A stretch of 42,181 bases of DNA. Source: Octopus bimaculoides. Lineage: Eukaryota. Below the pieces are notes generated by a model. The model did no database searches and was not told the origin of the DNA. It worked only from the letters and a program-made list of their open reading frames with translations. Each line of letters opens with the position of its first letter. Within the stretch, counting starts at the first letter, position 1. Made by a program: the position numbers and the translations under genes. The DNA is taken from contig NC_068985.1 of the NCBI RefSeq assembly GCF_001194135.2, forward strand, positions 77,389,678-77,431,858, read 5' to 3'. Positions 11,716 to 23,280 of the stretch are shown here, in pieces.

Positions 11716-11910
11716 GGATCTTTTTTAAAACGGGGGCCACATTTTTCATTAATGTTTTACGTAGTGTTTTTGGTACCGAAAGACTTTCAAACTTCGTATA
11801 CTTATCTATTTTGTGTTATAGAACAGAAAAATATTTTTGTATTCGAATTTATTTCATGTAAAAAATTGTCTTATTTCGATAATTTCAACCAATCACTGAG
11901 GTCCACTCAG
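11716..11910 (+). mobile_element. Left TIR fragment of the GGATC-terminated family
   Basis: GGATCTTT...ACTTTCAAACTTCGTATACT...TAATTTCAACCAATCA is collinear with 284-480. Confidence 0.6.
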
Positions 11911-12504
11911 CCGATATACATTAAGTGCCGACTACATAAACAAACGATTCTTCGTTTTATTTGCTTTTTTCATTTTAAATTTGCTTTAACCCNNNNNNNN
12001 NNNNNNNNNNNNNNNNNNNNNNNNNNNNNNNNNNNNNNNNNNNNNNNNNNNNNNNNNNNNNNNNNNNNNNNNNNNNNNNNNNNNNNNNNNNNNNNNNNNN
12101 NNNNNNNNNNNNNNNNNNNNNNNNNNNNNNNNNNNNNNNNNNNNNNNNNNNNNNNNNNNNNNNNNNNNNNNNNNNNNNNNNNNNNNNNNNNNNNNNNNNN
12201 NNNNNNNNNNNNNNNNNNNNNNNNNNNNNNNNNNNNNNNNNNNNNNNNNNNNNNNNNNNNNNNNNNNNNNNNNNNNNNNNNNNNNNNNNNNNNNNNNNNN
12301 NNNNNNNNNNNNNNNNNNNNNNNNNNNNNNNNNNNNNNNNNNNNNNNNNNNNNNNNNNNNNNNNNNNNNNNNNNNNNNNNNNNNNNNNNNNNNNNNNNNN
12401 NNNNNNNNNNNNNNNNNNNNNNNNNNNNNNNNNNNNNNNNNNNNNNNNNNNNNNNNNNNNNNNNNNNNNATTCTTCTAGCTCGTCGCCTTATTTATAACA
12501 TATA

Positions 12505-12730
12505 TTCTTTTCTACTCTAGGCACAAGGCTCGAAATTTTGGGGGGGCGGGGTCAGTCGATTAGATCGACCCAGTACGCAGCTGGTACTTAATTTATCGAC
12601 CCCGAAAAGATGAAAGGCAAAGTCAACCTCGGCGGAATTTGAACTCAGAACATAAAGACAGACGAAATACCGCTAAGCATTTCGCAATTTTTTTTATTTC
12701 TCACAAAGGGACAACAAAGAGAGGACAGTA
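12505..12730 (-). mobile_element. SINE family A unit preceded by a remnant of the alternative tail
   Basis: Same body as the 9923-10130 unit; TTTATTTCTCACAAAGGGACA resembles the inter-unit linker at 10225-10290. Confidence 0.75.
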
Positions 12731-12789
12731 CAATCTGAAATGGGGTCAGATTTAACGTATGAATTGACATAAAGATGAATTTTAAAATT

Positions 12790-13963
12790 TTACATGAAAA
12801 TGAAGAGTTCGAATGATAACAAGACATAATAAAATGGAGTGGGGAGGCAGGATATGCTCGGACTCAACGAGCCCCGCCTCACCACCGATGCTTTGGATTC
12901 ATCCTGCGTTGAATTCATGCGGTCCCATCCATAAGCAACATTCGTGCGACATTCTTCCATCGATCTTGAAATTCACCAAGTCAGGGCCAGAGATAAAAAT
13001 GCCTGTTATTAACCCTTTCACTCGTGTCTTCCAAATCACCTCTTTCGCAATTGCTACTACGATGAGAGAGCAATTCTTACCTTCTTTCGACAGGAAATCC
13101 GGTGGGTCCAATATTCACTGTTGACTCAGTCGGTAGCTGTACTCTTCCTGTACTTGACAACAGTTGTTCGGCATAAACCCACACATCTGACACCTCCGAA
13201 CACTGAACAATAGCGTGCGGGACACTTTCCCTGTCCCGCCCACATCTTGGACAGGTCGGTGGGCCAGGGCCACCATGCCTTGCGAGCTTGTCTCAGACAG
13301 GTAAGGCTCCTCGGTAACATTGCCATGCCAAAGACTTCTGGAAGTTATCCAGTGTCTTCGGTCCGAATGTACTTTGAAACAGACTGGCCGGTTGATTATC
13401 ATCGAGACCTAGGGCTTCCCGCAAGGTATCGTCACATTTCGCTTCTACCAATCCTCCATAGAAGAATGTGGTAGAACCACTACCGTAGGCGTTGCCCGAG
13501 AGATGGAATATCTGGAGAGCCTTACGACACTCCGTAAACCATGTACCCAACTTCGATCTACGATAGAACCAGGTTTCCAGTCCACCGAAACAAGTGAACT
13601 TGGGAAACATTTGTTTCGCCAGCGGAGACCACACCCGATCACAATCCAGATGGAGCCACAGATGCTTCAACCTCAGCGCGTACTTGCGCATCATCAGCCA
13701 AGGCATCCCTAGCCCACCCTTTAACGGTTGTTGGCAGCAAATAGAGCGTCTTACCAACGGATTCGAGTCTTTTCACAAGAAGCGGAAGAGTTGTCTTTCC
13801 AGCTTGCTCAAACACGAATCAGGGCAGGGAACGACGGTTAGGCAGTAGGTGATGACCGATGCGATGAATACATTGGCCACCTCCGCCCTCCCTTTCAGGG
13901 ATAGCCACCGCCAAGACCAGGTCTTGGCTATGTGGGCCACCCTGCTCGCTACCTCGGCCCAGT
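12790..13963 (-). mobile_element. L1/Tx1-clade LINE, 3' fragment of ORF2
   Basis: Minus strand reads WSWRWLSLKGRAEVANVFIASVITY, FRFLWK, PLKGGLGMP, ALRLKHLW, then the CCHC knuckle CPRCGRDRESVPHAIVQC (~13200-13255); interrupted by stops and frameshifts. Confidence 0.85.
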
Positions 13964-14176
13964 ATCCTTATCTGCTTTTCTAATTAACACCCTATCTAAG
14001 TATGACCTGGAAGATCCGTCGCTGTTTGACCATGTTCACAATGGAGCGTTCGGAAATTCCAGCCTATAAGGTTCTGCTTGTTCAAAGCGGCTTAGCAGTT
14101 CCAGGAAGCAAGGATTACCTCTTCTATCAGAAACTAGGTTGTCAGGAGGTGTTAGGGAACAAACACAAAGACATAC

Positions 14177-14221
<45 letters not shown>

Positions 14222-14249
14222 CACATACATATGTATGTGCGATGGACTT

Positions 14250-14400
14250 CTTTCAGTTTCCGTCTCCCAAATCCACTTCTATGGCTTTGGTCGGCCTAGG
14301 GCTATAGTAGAAGACACTTGCTCAAGGTATCACGCAGTGGGACTGAATCCGAAAGCACGTGGTTGAGAAGAAAACTTCTTACCACACATCCACGCACCTA
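14250..14400 (-). mobile_element. SINE family B head
   Basis: Reverse complement of TTCAGTCCCACTGCGTGATACCTTGAGCAAGTGTCTTC. Confidence 0.7.
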
Positions 14401-16524
14401 CAAGCGCACGCGCGTGAGCGTACGTGTATGTGTATATATGTATGTGTTTGTCTCCACATCATTGCTTGACAACCGGCGTTTGTTTGTTTATGTCCCTGTA
14501 AGTTAGTGATTCGGCAAAAGAATACTAGACTTGCAAGGTTTTTTGCATTCTGAGTTCAAATATCTCCTGGGTCAACGTTGTCTTTCATCGTGCCAAAATC
14601 AATAAAATAAAATACCAGCTATATACTGGGGTAAACTTATCGCCTTATCAGAAACAATTATTTTAATTATTATAATTTTAAAGTATCAAGAACAAAAAAA
14701 AAAATTCTGAGTTCTATTTCTTCTAGCATCAATAAAATAGAGTACCAGTCATGCACTGATGTCAATTTAATTGACTTACACCCTTCCCTGAAAATAGCTA
14801 GGTTTGAGTCTAAATTAGGAACTCTTATTTTAGGAGTGGTGGATTGGCAGAATTGTTAGAACGTCATAAAAACAGAAAGAAGGAAAAAATTTATTTGGAA
14901 ATTTTTTTAATTTTTTTATCCACGATAGGTTAATTCTTGAAATGCTGTAATGTCCACGAAAGTACTAATGCAGGTGAAATCTTTTCGTGGTATTTGTTAT
15001 GACTCTTTCCGTCCAGCCAAAGTCAATGTTACGCTTCATTCATCCGGGGTTCTATAAAATAAAGTAGCCGTTGCTGAGAACTGTTTAATATTGCTTATAG
15101 AATATTTCTGCCTTTATCGACTATACATCTTTCATAGTATAGTTATAACACGAAAGAAAATATTGGTTCCCCTACTGTTGTTCTTGAAATCACTTTTCTA
15201 AAAATATTATATACATTCGTTTTCTCCAACTGAATAAACATAATGTAACTAGATTCCTTTGTAAGCTTTTACCAAAAGTGAAGTGGTGGTAGTAGTGATG
15301 CTGCATTTTCCCTAAGTATTTGTATTTCCAGCTCCCCAAGGGAATGCCAAATAAAGTTTGAATATGGCTTAAGATAAAAGTAAATTTTAAATAAGATAAC
15401 ATTTAAGATATAACTTCAAGTAAGTCGTAAAACTCAGAAAAATATGCTGAATAATTTCATTCGCAAGAGGAGGCTTGTAGTTTTCTGAAGAAATAACTCG
15501 ATGTGGTACAGTGAATTCTAAGCGAAAAATACGCATGTTGTTTCGTTGAGGCAGTGAATTGATAATGGCACAGAATGCAACGCAGTATTTATTCAGGTTC
15601 TCTGTACTCAAGAACTGAGTTGCATTCTTCTCTTTCTTTCAGAAGCGGTTAGGTTATGCTGTTAGAAAGGTTCTTCGGGGTTATTCACAGCTTCCCTGTC
15701 TCAAGAAATGGAGAAGAAGTGAGCAAGAGGCAAGCAACCACCCCATCCTCTCTCTCTCTTTCCCTCTCCCTCTCCCTCTCTCTTTTTAAGAAAAGCTGAT
15801 GTTAAACCATCCAAGGTCCGATATTCAGAACATAGAACTGAAATAAAGAGGAAAGAATTTACGTCAATGGTGATAATTTTGTAACAGTTTTTTCGTACAT
15901 TGGAATACAAAATACGTAGAAAAACAAGTACAATGGATTGAATCCAGTTCAGTATTTCCAGATCATGGAAACGTGAAGGGCAAACTCAATTGTAGAGGGA
16001 ATTTAATACAAAACTTTATAAGGCGTAACTCAATAATGTCTTACTTTATTGAGTTACGTCTTTCTCAGCAAACTCCATACTTCCTTTCACTTCATGTTAT
16101 ATTGCATGCCAAAGGAGGAAAATGGCAGAGATTATAGTATATCAAATCGGACTACATGCAAAATAAAATTTTGTCGGATTTCACAAAGTTTTAAGTTCAA
16201 ACAACACTAAGTGGGGTCAATAAAATAAAGTACCTGCCGAATACAGGGGTTTCTATAATCGTCTATATCCTTCTCCCAAATGTGTTGTTTTGTGTTTATG
16301 CAAACTAATCAGCGATGAACGTTAATAAGTGTGATTGCTGTCAGCAGCGGTCTCCAACCTCTTTTTGCATCACAGAGCGGTTTCATGTAAGACAGTTTTT
16401 TTCTGCAGGCACATAACCAAACGCAATGAAGTGCATCATGTATGATTTATATATTACACACACACACACATACATACACTACGCACGCACACGCACGCTC
16501 ACACACACACACATTATATCTTAT

Positions 16525-17085
16525 CTCATCTAGGTTGTCCCATAGGACGCCCCCATGGGGGTTTCAGAGTCACAGGGCGCTGCTCCATGTGGTCTCGCAG
16601 TTTCCATCTAACTAGGAATATTAGGGTCTCATCCATTGTCTTGTATTGAAGATCCTCTGCATGACATCCTGCTAGTTCAAAGCCAGGAATCTGATCTATT
16701 AGGTCCTGTCGATAACTGAATCCACGCCCTGCTGCCGACGCCTCGATTTATTGTCGTTAAGGTTTTGTCTGTCTCCTACCCTTCGACTTGTCTGGCCTGG
16801 TAAGACCTGGCTGAAGATTTCTCTCCCTCCAGCATAGCTCTCCGGCTCTATGGAGCACACAGGCACTTCACCGCGACAAGGTACTTGTTGAAATGGCTGT
16901 TGACTACATAGTAGTTCTTCCGCCCTTTGACAGGTCTTACTTTTCATCCCGCAAGGTGTCCAACAACAACCTCCTCACCAAGCAAGCTTGATGGGGTTGC
17001 CAGTTTAGTCGCTCACGACCCGACCATGCAATAGGTTGTATTGGGTTACATGTTACCAGTAGGGCTCAAGAGCGACCTGACCCGA
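16525..17085 (-). mobile_element. RTE-clade LINE 5' UTR fragment
   Basis: Minus strand ACCTTGTCGCGGTGAAGTGCCTGTGTGCTCC...GAGAGCTATGC...CCAGACAAGTCGAAGGGTAGGAGACAGAC resembles the recurrent RTE/Expander 5' UTR motif (from memory; needs a search). Confidence 0.45.
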
Positions 17086-17104
17086 ACACACATGATACAT
17101 ATTC

Positions 17105-17310
17105 TTTTATTCTTCTACTTGTTTCAGTCAGTTGACTGCGGCCATGCTAGAGCACCGGCTTGAAGGGTTTTAATCGAACAAATCGACCCCAGAACTTTTA
17201 TAAGCCTAGTATTTATTCTATCTGTCTCTTTTGCTGAACCGCTAGCTTACGGGGACGTAAACACACTAACACCGATTGTCACGCGGTAGGGGAGACAAAT
17301 ACAGACACAG
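17105..17310 (-). mobile_element. SINE family B tail running into (TA)n and a gap
   Basis: GACTGCGGCCATGCTAGAGCACC...GAACCGCTAGCTTACGGGGACGTAAACAC. Confidence 0.8.
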
Positions 17311-17319
17311 ACACACACA

Positions 17320-17361
<42 letters not shown>

Positions 17362-18659
17362 NNNNNNNNNNNNNNNNNNNNNNNNNNNNNNNNNNNNNNN
17401 NNNNNNNNNNNNNNNNNNNNNNNNNNNNNNNNNNNNNNNNNNNNNNNNNNNNNNNNNNNNNNNNNNNNNNNNNNNNNNNNNNNNNNNNNNNNNNNNNNNN
17501 NNNNNNNNNNNNNNNNNNNNNNNNNNNNNNNNNNNNNNNNNNNNNNNNNNNNNNNNNNNNNNNNNNNNNNNNNNNNNNNNNNNNNNNNNNNNNNNNNNNN
17601 NNNNNNNNNNNNNNNNNNNNNNNNNNNNNNNNNNNNNNNNNNNNNNNNNNNNNNNNNNNNNNNNNNNNNNNNNNNNNNNNNNNNNNNNNNNNNNNNNNNN
17701 NNNNNNNNNNNNNNNNNNNNNNNNNNNNNNNNNNNNNNNNNNNNNNNNNNNNNNNNNNNNNNNNNNNNNNNNNNNNNNNNNNNNNNNNNNNNNNNNNNNN
17801 NNNNNNNNNNNNNNNNNNNNNNNNNNNNNNNNNNNNNNNNNNNNNNNNNNNNNNNNNNNNNNNNNNNNNNNNNNNNNNNNNNNNNNNNNNNNNNNNNNNN
17901 NNNNNNNNNNNNNNNNNNNNNNNNNNNNNNNNNNNNNNNNNNNNNNNNNATAGTCAATAAAATAGAAATGAAATTTTAAAATTTAGTCTTTCTGTACGGC
18001 CCGGTATCAAATGATTCACGGCCTGTCACTGGTGGTTGGGATCCCCTAAATATCAGGATTGATTTCTTGTATATAGTTATGCTCTTGACGTTCTGACCCT
18101 ATCTACTCAGGACTGGTATTTTTTTTCATCCATCAAATACATAAATAAATAAATAAAATAAAATAAATAAATAAAAAGTAAAAGTGATATACTTTTGAAG
18201 TGTTTAGTCAATTACATCTCGTCATAGATGTATAACCTTGTGGCAAATGTGAAAAATCAATATTGATAATGTAAGGGTTTTACAATATTTAGATAAGTAT
18301 TCCTGCGATGAATTCAACCTGCTAGCGTGGACTTTTCATTTCATTTCTCTTGATTCGTTAAATTAAATGCTATACATATAATGAAGTCAATTCAACTGAC
18401 TGCGCTCCATCTCTACCAATTCGTGACTTTGCATTACACGAGAATCGCGAAAGTTCATTCAATTTACTATATCTATCACTATCTCGAAAATTTACACCCT
18501 GTACCAATGCAAAAAATCAATATTATTTTATCACGTATAGGAGCTATTTTCTAAAATTTGTATATATATGTATTTTGTATGGAGAAATGTGGAGTTCAAT
18601 TTTCTATCAGAGAGGAGATTGAAAAGAAATACTTTTTTCAAAATTTCATTTATACATTT

Positions 18660-19050
18660 AGGCGCAGATGTTGCCGAATGGGAAGAAGCTTACTTCCCAA
18701 TCACATGGTTCTGAGTTCAGTACCATTGCATGGTACCTTAGTCAAGCGTCTTCTGCTATATCCTCTGGCCGACCAAAGCATTGTGAGTGGATTTGGTAGA
18801 GAGAAACTGAAAGAAGCCTGTCGTATACATACCTATATCTGTATGTCTGTGTCATTGTTTGTCCCCGCCCTCAACTGCTTGGCAACCTGTGTTGGTGTAT
18901 TTACGTCCCTGTAACTTAGCGTTTCGGCAAAAGAAATGATAGAATAAGTACCAAGCTTAACAACGAAAAGAAAACCATTCGACTAAAATTCCTTCAAGGC
19001 GGTGCAGCAGTATGGCCGCAGTCTAATGACTGAAACAAGTAAAAGATAAA
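18660..19050 (+). mobile_element. SINE family B, near full length
   Basis: Head CCCAATCACATGGTTCTGAGTTCAG, core GTGAGTGGATTTGGTAGA, tail TGACTGAAACAAGTAAAAGA. Confidence 0.8.
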
Positions 19051-19860
19051 AAACATTGTTATACTTTTTAATGTTATCTTGATCGTATTGGCTTGTAGCA
19101 AATTGTAGTGGTATTATGTAGGCATAGCGTGGATTCGATCCTCGATAACCAAATTTCACTTAACAGTTCAACAGCACTTTTCTCACGGTAAAACAATAGT
19201 TTTTATGTGAGTGACAGCAGATACATTTGACAGACGCCTTCTCTAAGCAGAATAATGGCTTTGCCACTTGACCCTTCTAATCTCTTCTAGGCCACCAAAT
19301 GCTAGAATAGAGATAACAGACCGCCAACGAAATCTATTGTTCTCAACAATATGTCTATCCTTCTGGCTGGTTTTGTATAGTTATAAAAGCAAGAACTCCG
19401 TAAGCCAAAGTCAGTTAGTGAGAACCGAGTCTGGTTGACTGGCTGAACAAAACGCCGTCTCTAAAGGAAAAGGCACAAAAGGGACAACTATGGTAACTCA
19501 CCAACGAAGCAGTTGTTTCGTCCCACCACTCTCACTTTCACTAAGTGACTTTCTGTTCTCTGTAACATTACATATCTCTCAAAATAAGGTAAAAAGAATT
19601 TTTTAATCCAAGGGAAAAATGAGACTGTTCCACCACATCACCATGTATGAGGTTTCATGGTGTTATTAAGCCATTGTATTTTATGAATTGAATTCAATGA
19701 GAGAAAAAAATACTTCTTTGCATGTAATTCCCTTTCTTTCGTCTGTTATTTAATCGCATTTCATATCTGCTTGTATCACGGAATTTCAGATCTGAATGAA
19801 ATACACAGGATTGCTTTAGTTCCAATCAGTTCGACAGATTTAAACCTCAATATTGAGAGG

Positions 19861-19905
<45 letters not shown>

Positions 19906-20304
19906 ATATATTTCCGCTGTTGATCGTTTTACATCCTGCATTGACATTTTTCTCTTCCGATCTGACCAGTTTTGACGTTTACTCTTTCAACAACATCAAC
20001 AGATTTTTTTTTTATCCTCCTCTTCTCAAAACTATTTCTTTACACATACACATACCATATTGATTAACCAGCATTACCAGCAACTGACTACATTATATAC
20101 TAACATAGTGGCAACGGCGCCAATCAAAGAGTTAAATCACCGTAAAACAATCAATCGCCTTTATGCACTCCCTCCTCTCTCTCTCTCTCTCTCAAATAAT
20201 AATAGTTTACTCATAGTTAAAGCTTTAACGTGACTAAAGCTACTTTCAAAGTTCTCTATTTCACTTTATAAAGCTTGGTCTTTTCTATCCTCTGGAGCAT
20301 ATAA

Positions 20305-20520
20305 TTGCTTCTAATTTAGACACAAGAGCAACAACTTTGAGGAAAGAGGATTAGTCGATACCATCGACACCAGTATGTGACTGGTACTCTATTTTATCAA
20401 CCCGAGAGCATGAAAGACAAAGTTGACCTCAGCGGAATTTGAATTCTGAATGTAAAGTGCCAGAACAAATACTGACAAAGCATTCTCCAACGTTCTAACA
20501 ATTCTACCAAGCTATCACTA
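20305..20520 (-). mobile_element. SINE family A, degenerate
   Basis: AGTCGATACCATCGAC...AAAGTTGACCTCAGCGGAATTTGAA. Confidence 0.65.
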
Positions 20521-21374
20521 TTTTGGAACGTATAATACAATGTTAACCAAGACTTGCAGTACCTGTGGAAATGCCACGATTATTTTAAAAACCATAAGTT
20601 TATCAAAAATTTATTGAGAACCATGAAATGCAAAATTTCTTTGGAAATTGTATGTTTTTTTTTTTGTTTCTTTTTTGTTTTTTCCACGAAGCGTTTAATT
20701 CTTGAGATGGTGTAAAGCTCGCAAAAGGTGCAATCTTACAATGGAACATGTTTGAAAACTATATTCTTTGTCATATATTAGTAGCCACTTTTACCTTGAG
20801 AGGTGTTATCTATCGTTTTGACGTTTAAATTAATAAGTTATGTCCTGGGGATGACTTTAAATTGCTTCTAGCACTGGTTTGGGAGTTGCAGAGTTTTGAG
20901 GAGTGTAGAACTACCTCTTAGTCACTATTATTTCCAGGTCTATTCTGAAGCGGAGTAAGAGTACTTGTCAAGATCTCAGCTATGGGTTAATTCGCATATT
21001 AGGGTTTGCCTACCTATGCATGTGAAGACTGGATCCGGCGCACTGCGGAAGAAACCTTCATGAATCAACAAAAGGGAAGGCGGTTGCAGCATGGATTGTG
21101 GGGTGCAGTGAGGAAGATGGGGCAAGAAAGACATCCTGGTCATCCACTGCATCTGTCTTCATCCCCAATCGTCTTGACCTGGTTTTGCCACTAGATTGAA
21201 GATGGTCCGACGGGCGAACATGTACATCAATATGTAAGCAATCTTACATAAAGAATAAACTAGAAAACATAATCTATATCATTATTCTGTAGCGGTGCAA
21301 CTATGATAGAAAGACTTTAACAAATCTTGATATACTATACTAAATCCTTATTTTCATATAAAGAAAAGTGGGCG

Positions 21375-21790
21375 TATGTCCCAGCGAATTGAAGTAAGTA
21401 GCTAATCCACTTAGCTGTAGATTTTAATATTCTTTCAAATTTTGGCACAAAGCCAGTAATTTTGAGGGAAGGGGGAAAATCGATTACATCGAAAAAAAAA
21501 CCCATCCCCGAAGTACTTGACTGGAGTTGATGTGTTCATTTTATCAACACCGAAAGACTGAAAGACAAGGTCAGCCTCGGTGGCATCTGAACTCAGAACA
21601 TAATGACGAAGAAATCCTTTCTACTTTAGGGATAAGGCCAGAAATTTTGTGGGTAGGAAGTTAGTCGATTACATTAACTCCAGGGCTCAACTGGTACTTA
21701 CTTCATCGACCCGAAAAGAATGAAAAGCAAAGTCGACCTCGGCAGAATTTGAACTCAGAAAGTGAAGCGCAATAACGATTCTACCAACTC
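21375..21790 (-). mobile_element. Two tandem SINE family A copies
   Basis: Two successive tail-body segments ending in GAACTCAGAA (about 21375-21605 and 21618-21790). Confidence 0.7.
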
Positions 21791-22224
21791 GTCGACTGCT
21801 GTGTATTTTAATATGTTGTTTATATAATACATTATCTCTTCGATTTCGTTTTCATAGTTTATCACTTAATTGTCTCACGAAGAATATAAATGTAGTCAAT
21901 ATAATAGATTGTGTCTTCGATTTCGTTCATTTGTTACAGCGTTACATTGACCATAACAGAATAATATTGTAAACTAGCATCAACAGATCACAGAAAACTA
22001 GTTGTTTGGAATCGTTTGAAATATATTCATGAAAGTAACGTCAATTAATTCTTCCCAAAGCTTCATTTAATTTCAGTTAGTACACATTTAAGAAAGAACA
22101 GACATTTTGTGTCATCCAGAATGAGATGAATATTAACAAAATAAATACCAGCGACGGAAGCAGCATACATGTCAAATGGCAGTCTTTATATCCTACTCAA
22201 CGTCTATGTATTCTTAGAACGCCG

Positions 22225-22440
22225 AGTAAGCCGGTGAGCTAGCAGAATCGTCAGCACACCAGACAAAATGCTGAGCAGCATTTCTTCCAACTTTATGTTG
22301 AGTTCAAATTCCACCGAGGTCGACTTTACCTTGCATCCTTTCGAGGTCGATAAAATAAGAACCAACTGAGCTCTGGAGTCGATGTAATCGACAAGCTCCA
22401 CTCCCCAAAATTTCAAGCATTGTGCCTATATTAAAAAGAC
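22225..22440 (+). mobile_element. SINE family A
   Basis: CCGGTGAGCTAGCAGAATCG head, GAGTTCAAATTCC B box, GTCGATGTAATCGAC body. Confidence 0.8.
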
Positions 22441-22461
22441 TTATTAGAACACCGAATACTC

Positions 22462-22628
22462 GGTGTTTGCCTTGAGAGATCCTCTCATACAGACGCATAT
22501 GCTCAGAGTACAGGCATATACCGATAGCAAATGTGAACCGTCTGGCATGGGCGCTTGTCTTCGAACGATATATGTCTGTGCCCTTAGTACCATGTGTCTG
22601 CATGAGAGGATCTCCCAAGGTGAATGCT
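22462..22628. repeat. Long imperfect palindrome (hairpin)
   Basis: 22470-22497 pairs with 22593-22620 with 3 differences in 28 nt; pairing continues inward and outward with G-U pairs. Confidence 0.85.
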
Positions 22629-23092
22629 GCATTATTTGGCGTCCTAATAATACATTCACGTTGAGTAGAATATAAAGAATGCCATGCGGAATATATTGCA
22701 AATGTGAAATGTCAATCATTTCAACCAACTAATAACGGTTTCTAATTTAGGCACATTGCCAGAAATTTCATGGGGAGAGGGTTACTCAACACCATTGACT
22801 TCATTACATGACTGACTGGTACTTTATTTTCTTGACCCCAGTGGATGAAATGCAACGCTAGTCCCTGCCTGAATTGAACTTGCAAAATATTTTCTTACGT
22901 TTTCACTACCTTCCTAGAGTGATGCAAGGCTACAGTTGTAATATGGAGGAATATACACTAGTAGTACTAATTTATTTGTTTTGGAAGTCCTAAAAACAAT
23001 GTCAACTATTGATATACTCGCATTCATAAAGGTACGAAGATATATGCTGCATTTAGTCAACTATCCATGACCGTTTAACAACCCTATGATAA

Positions 23093-23280
23093 TTCCAACC
23101 TAGGCACAAGGCCAAAAACTGAGTGGCGATAACAACCGATTATATCGATCCTAGTACTCAATTGGAACTTTATTTTACCGGCCTCAAGAAAAGAAGGTAA
23201 AATTGGCCTCAGCGGGATTTGAACTCGGAACATAATGGGTCGTAAGTAAATGATGGTAGGCATTTTGTCCGAAACTCAAA
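23093..23280 (-). mobile_element. SINE family A, degenerate
   Basis: TAGGCACAAGGCC tail and GGCCTCAGCGGGATTTGAACTCGGAAC body. Confidence 0.65.
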
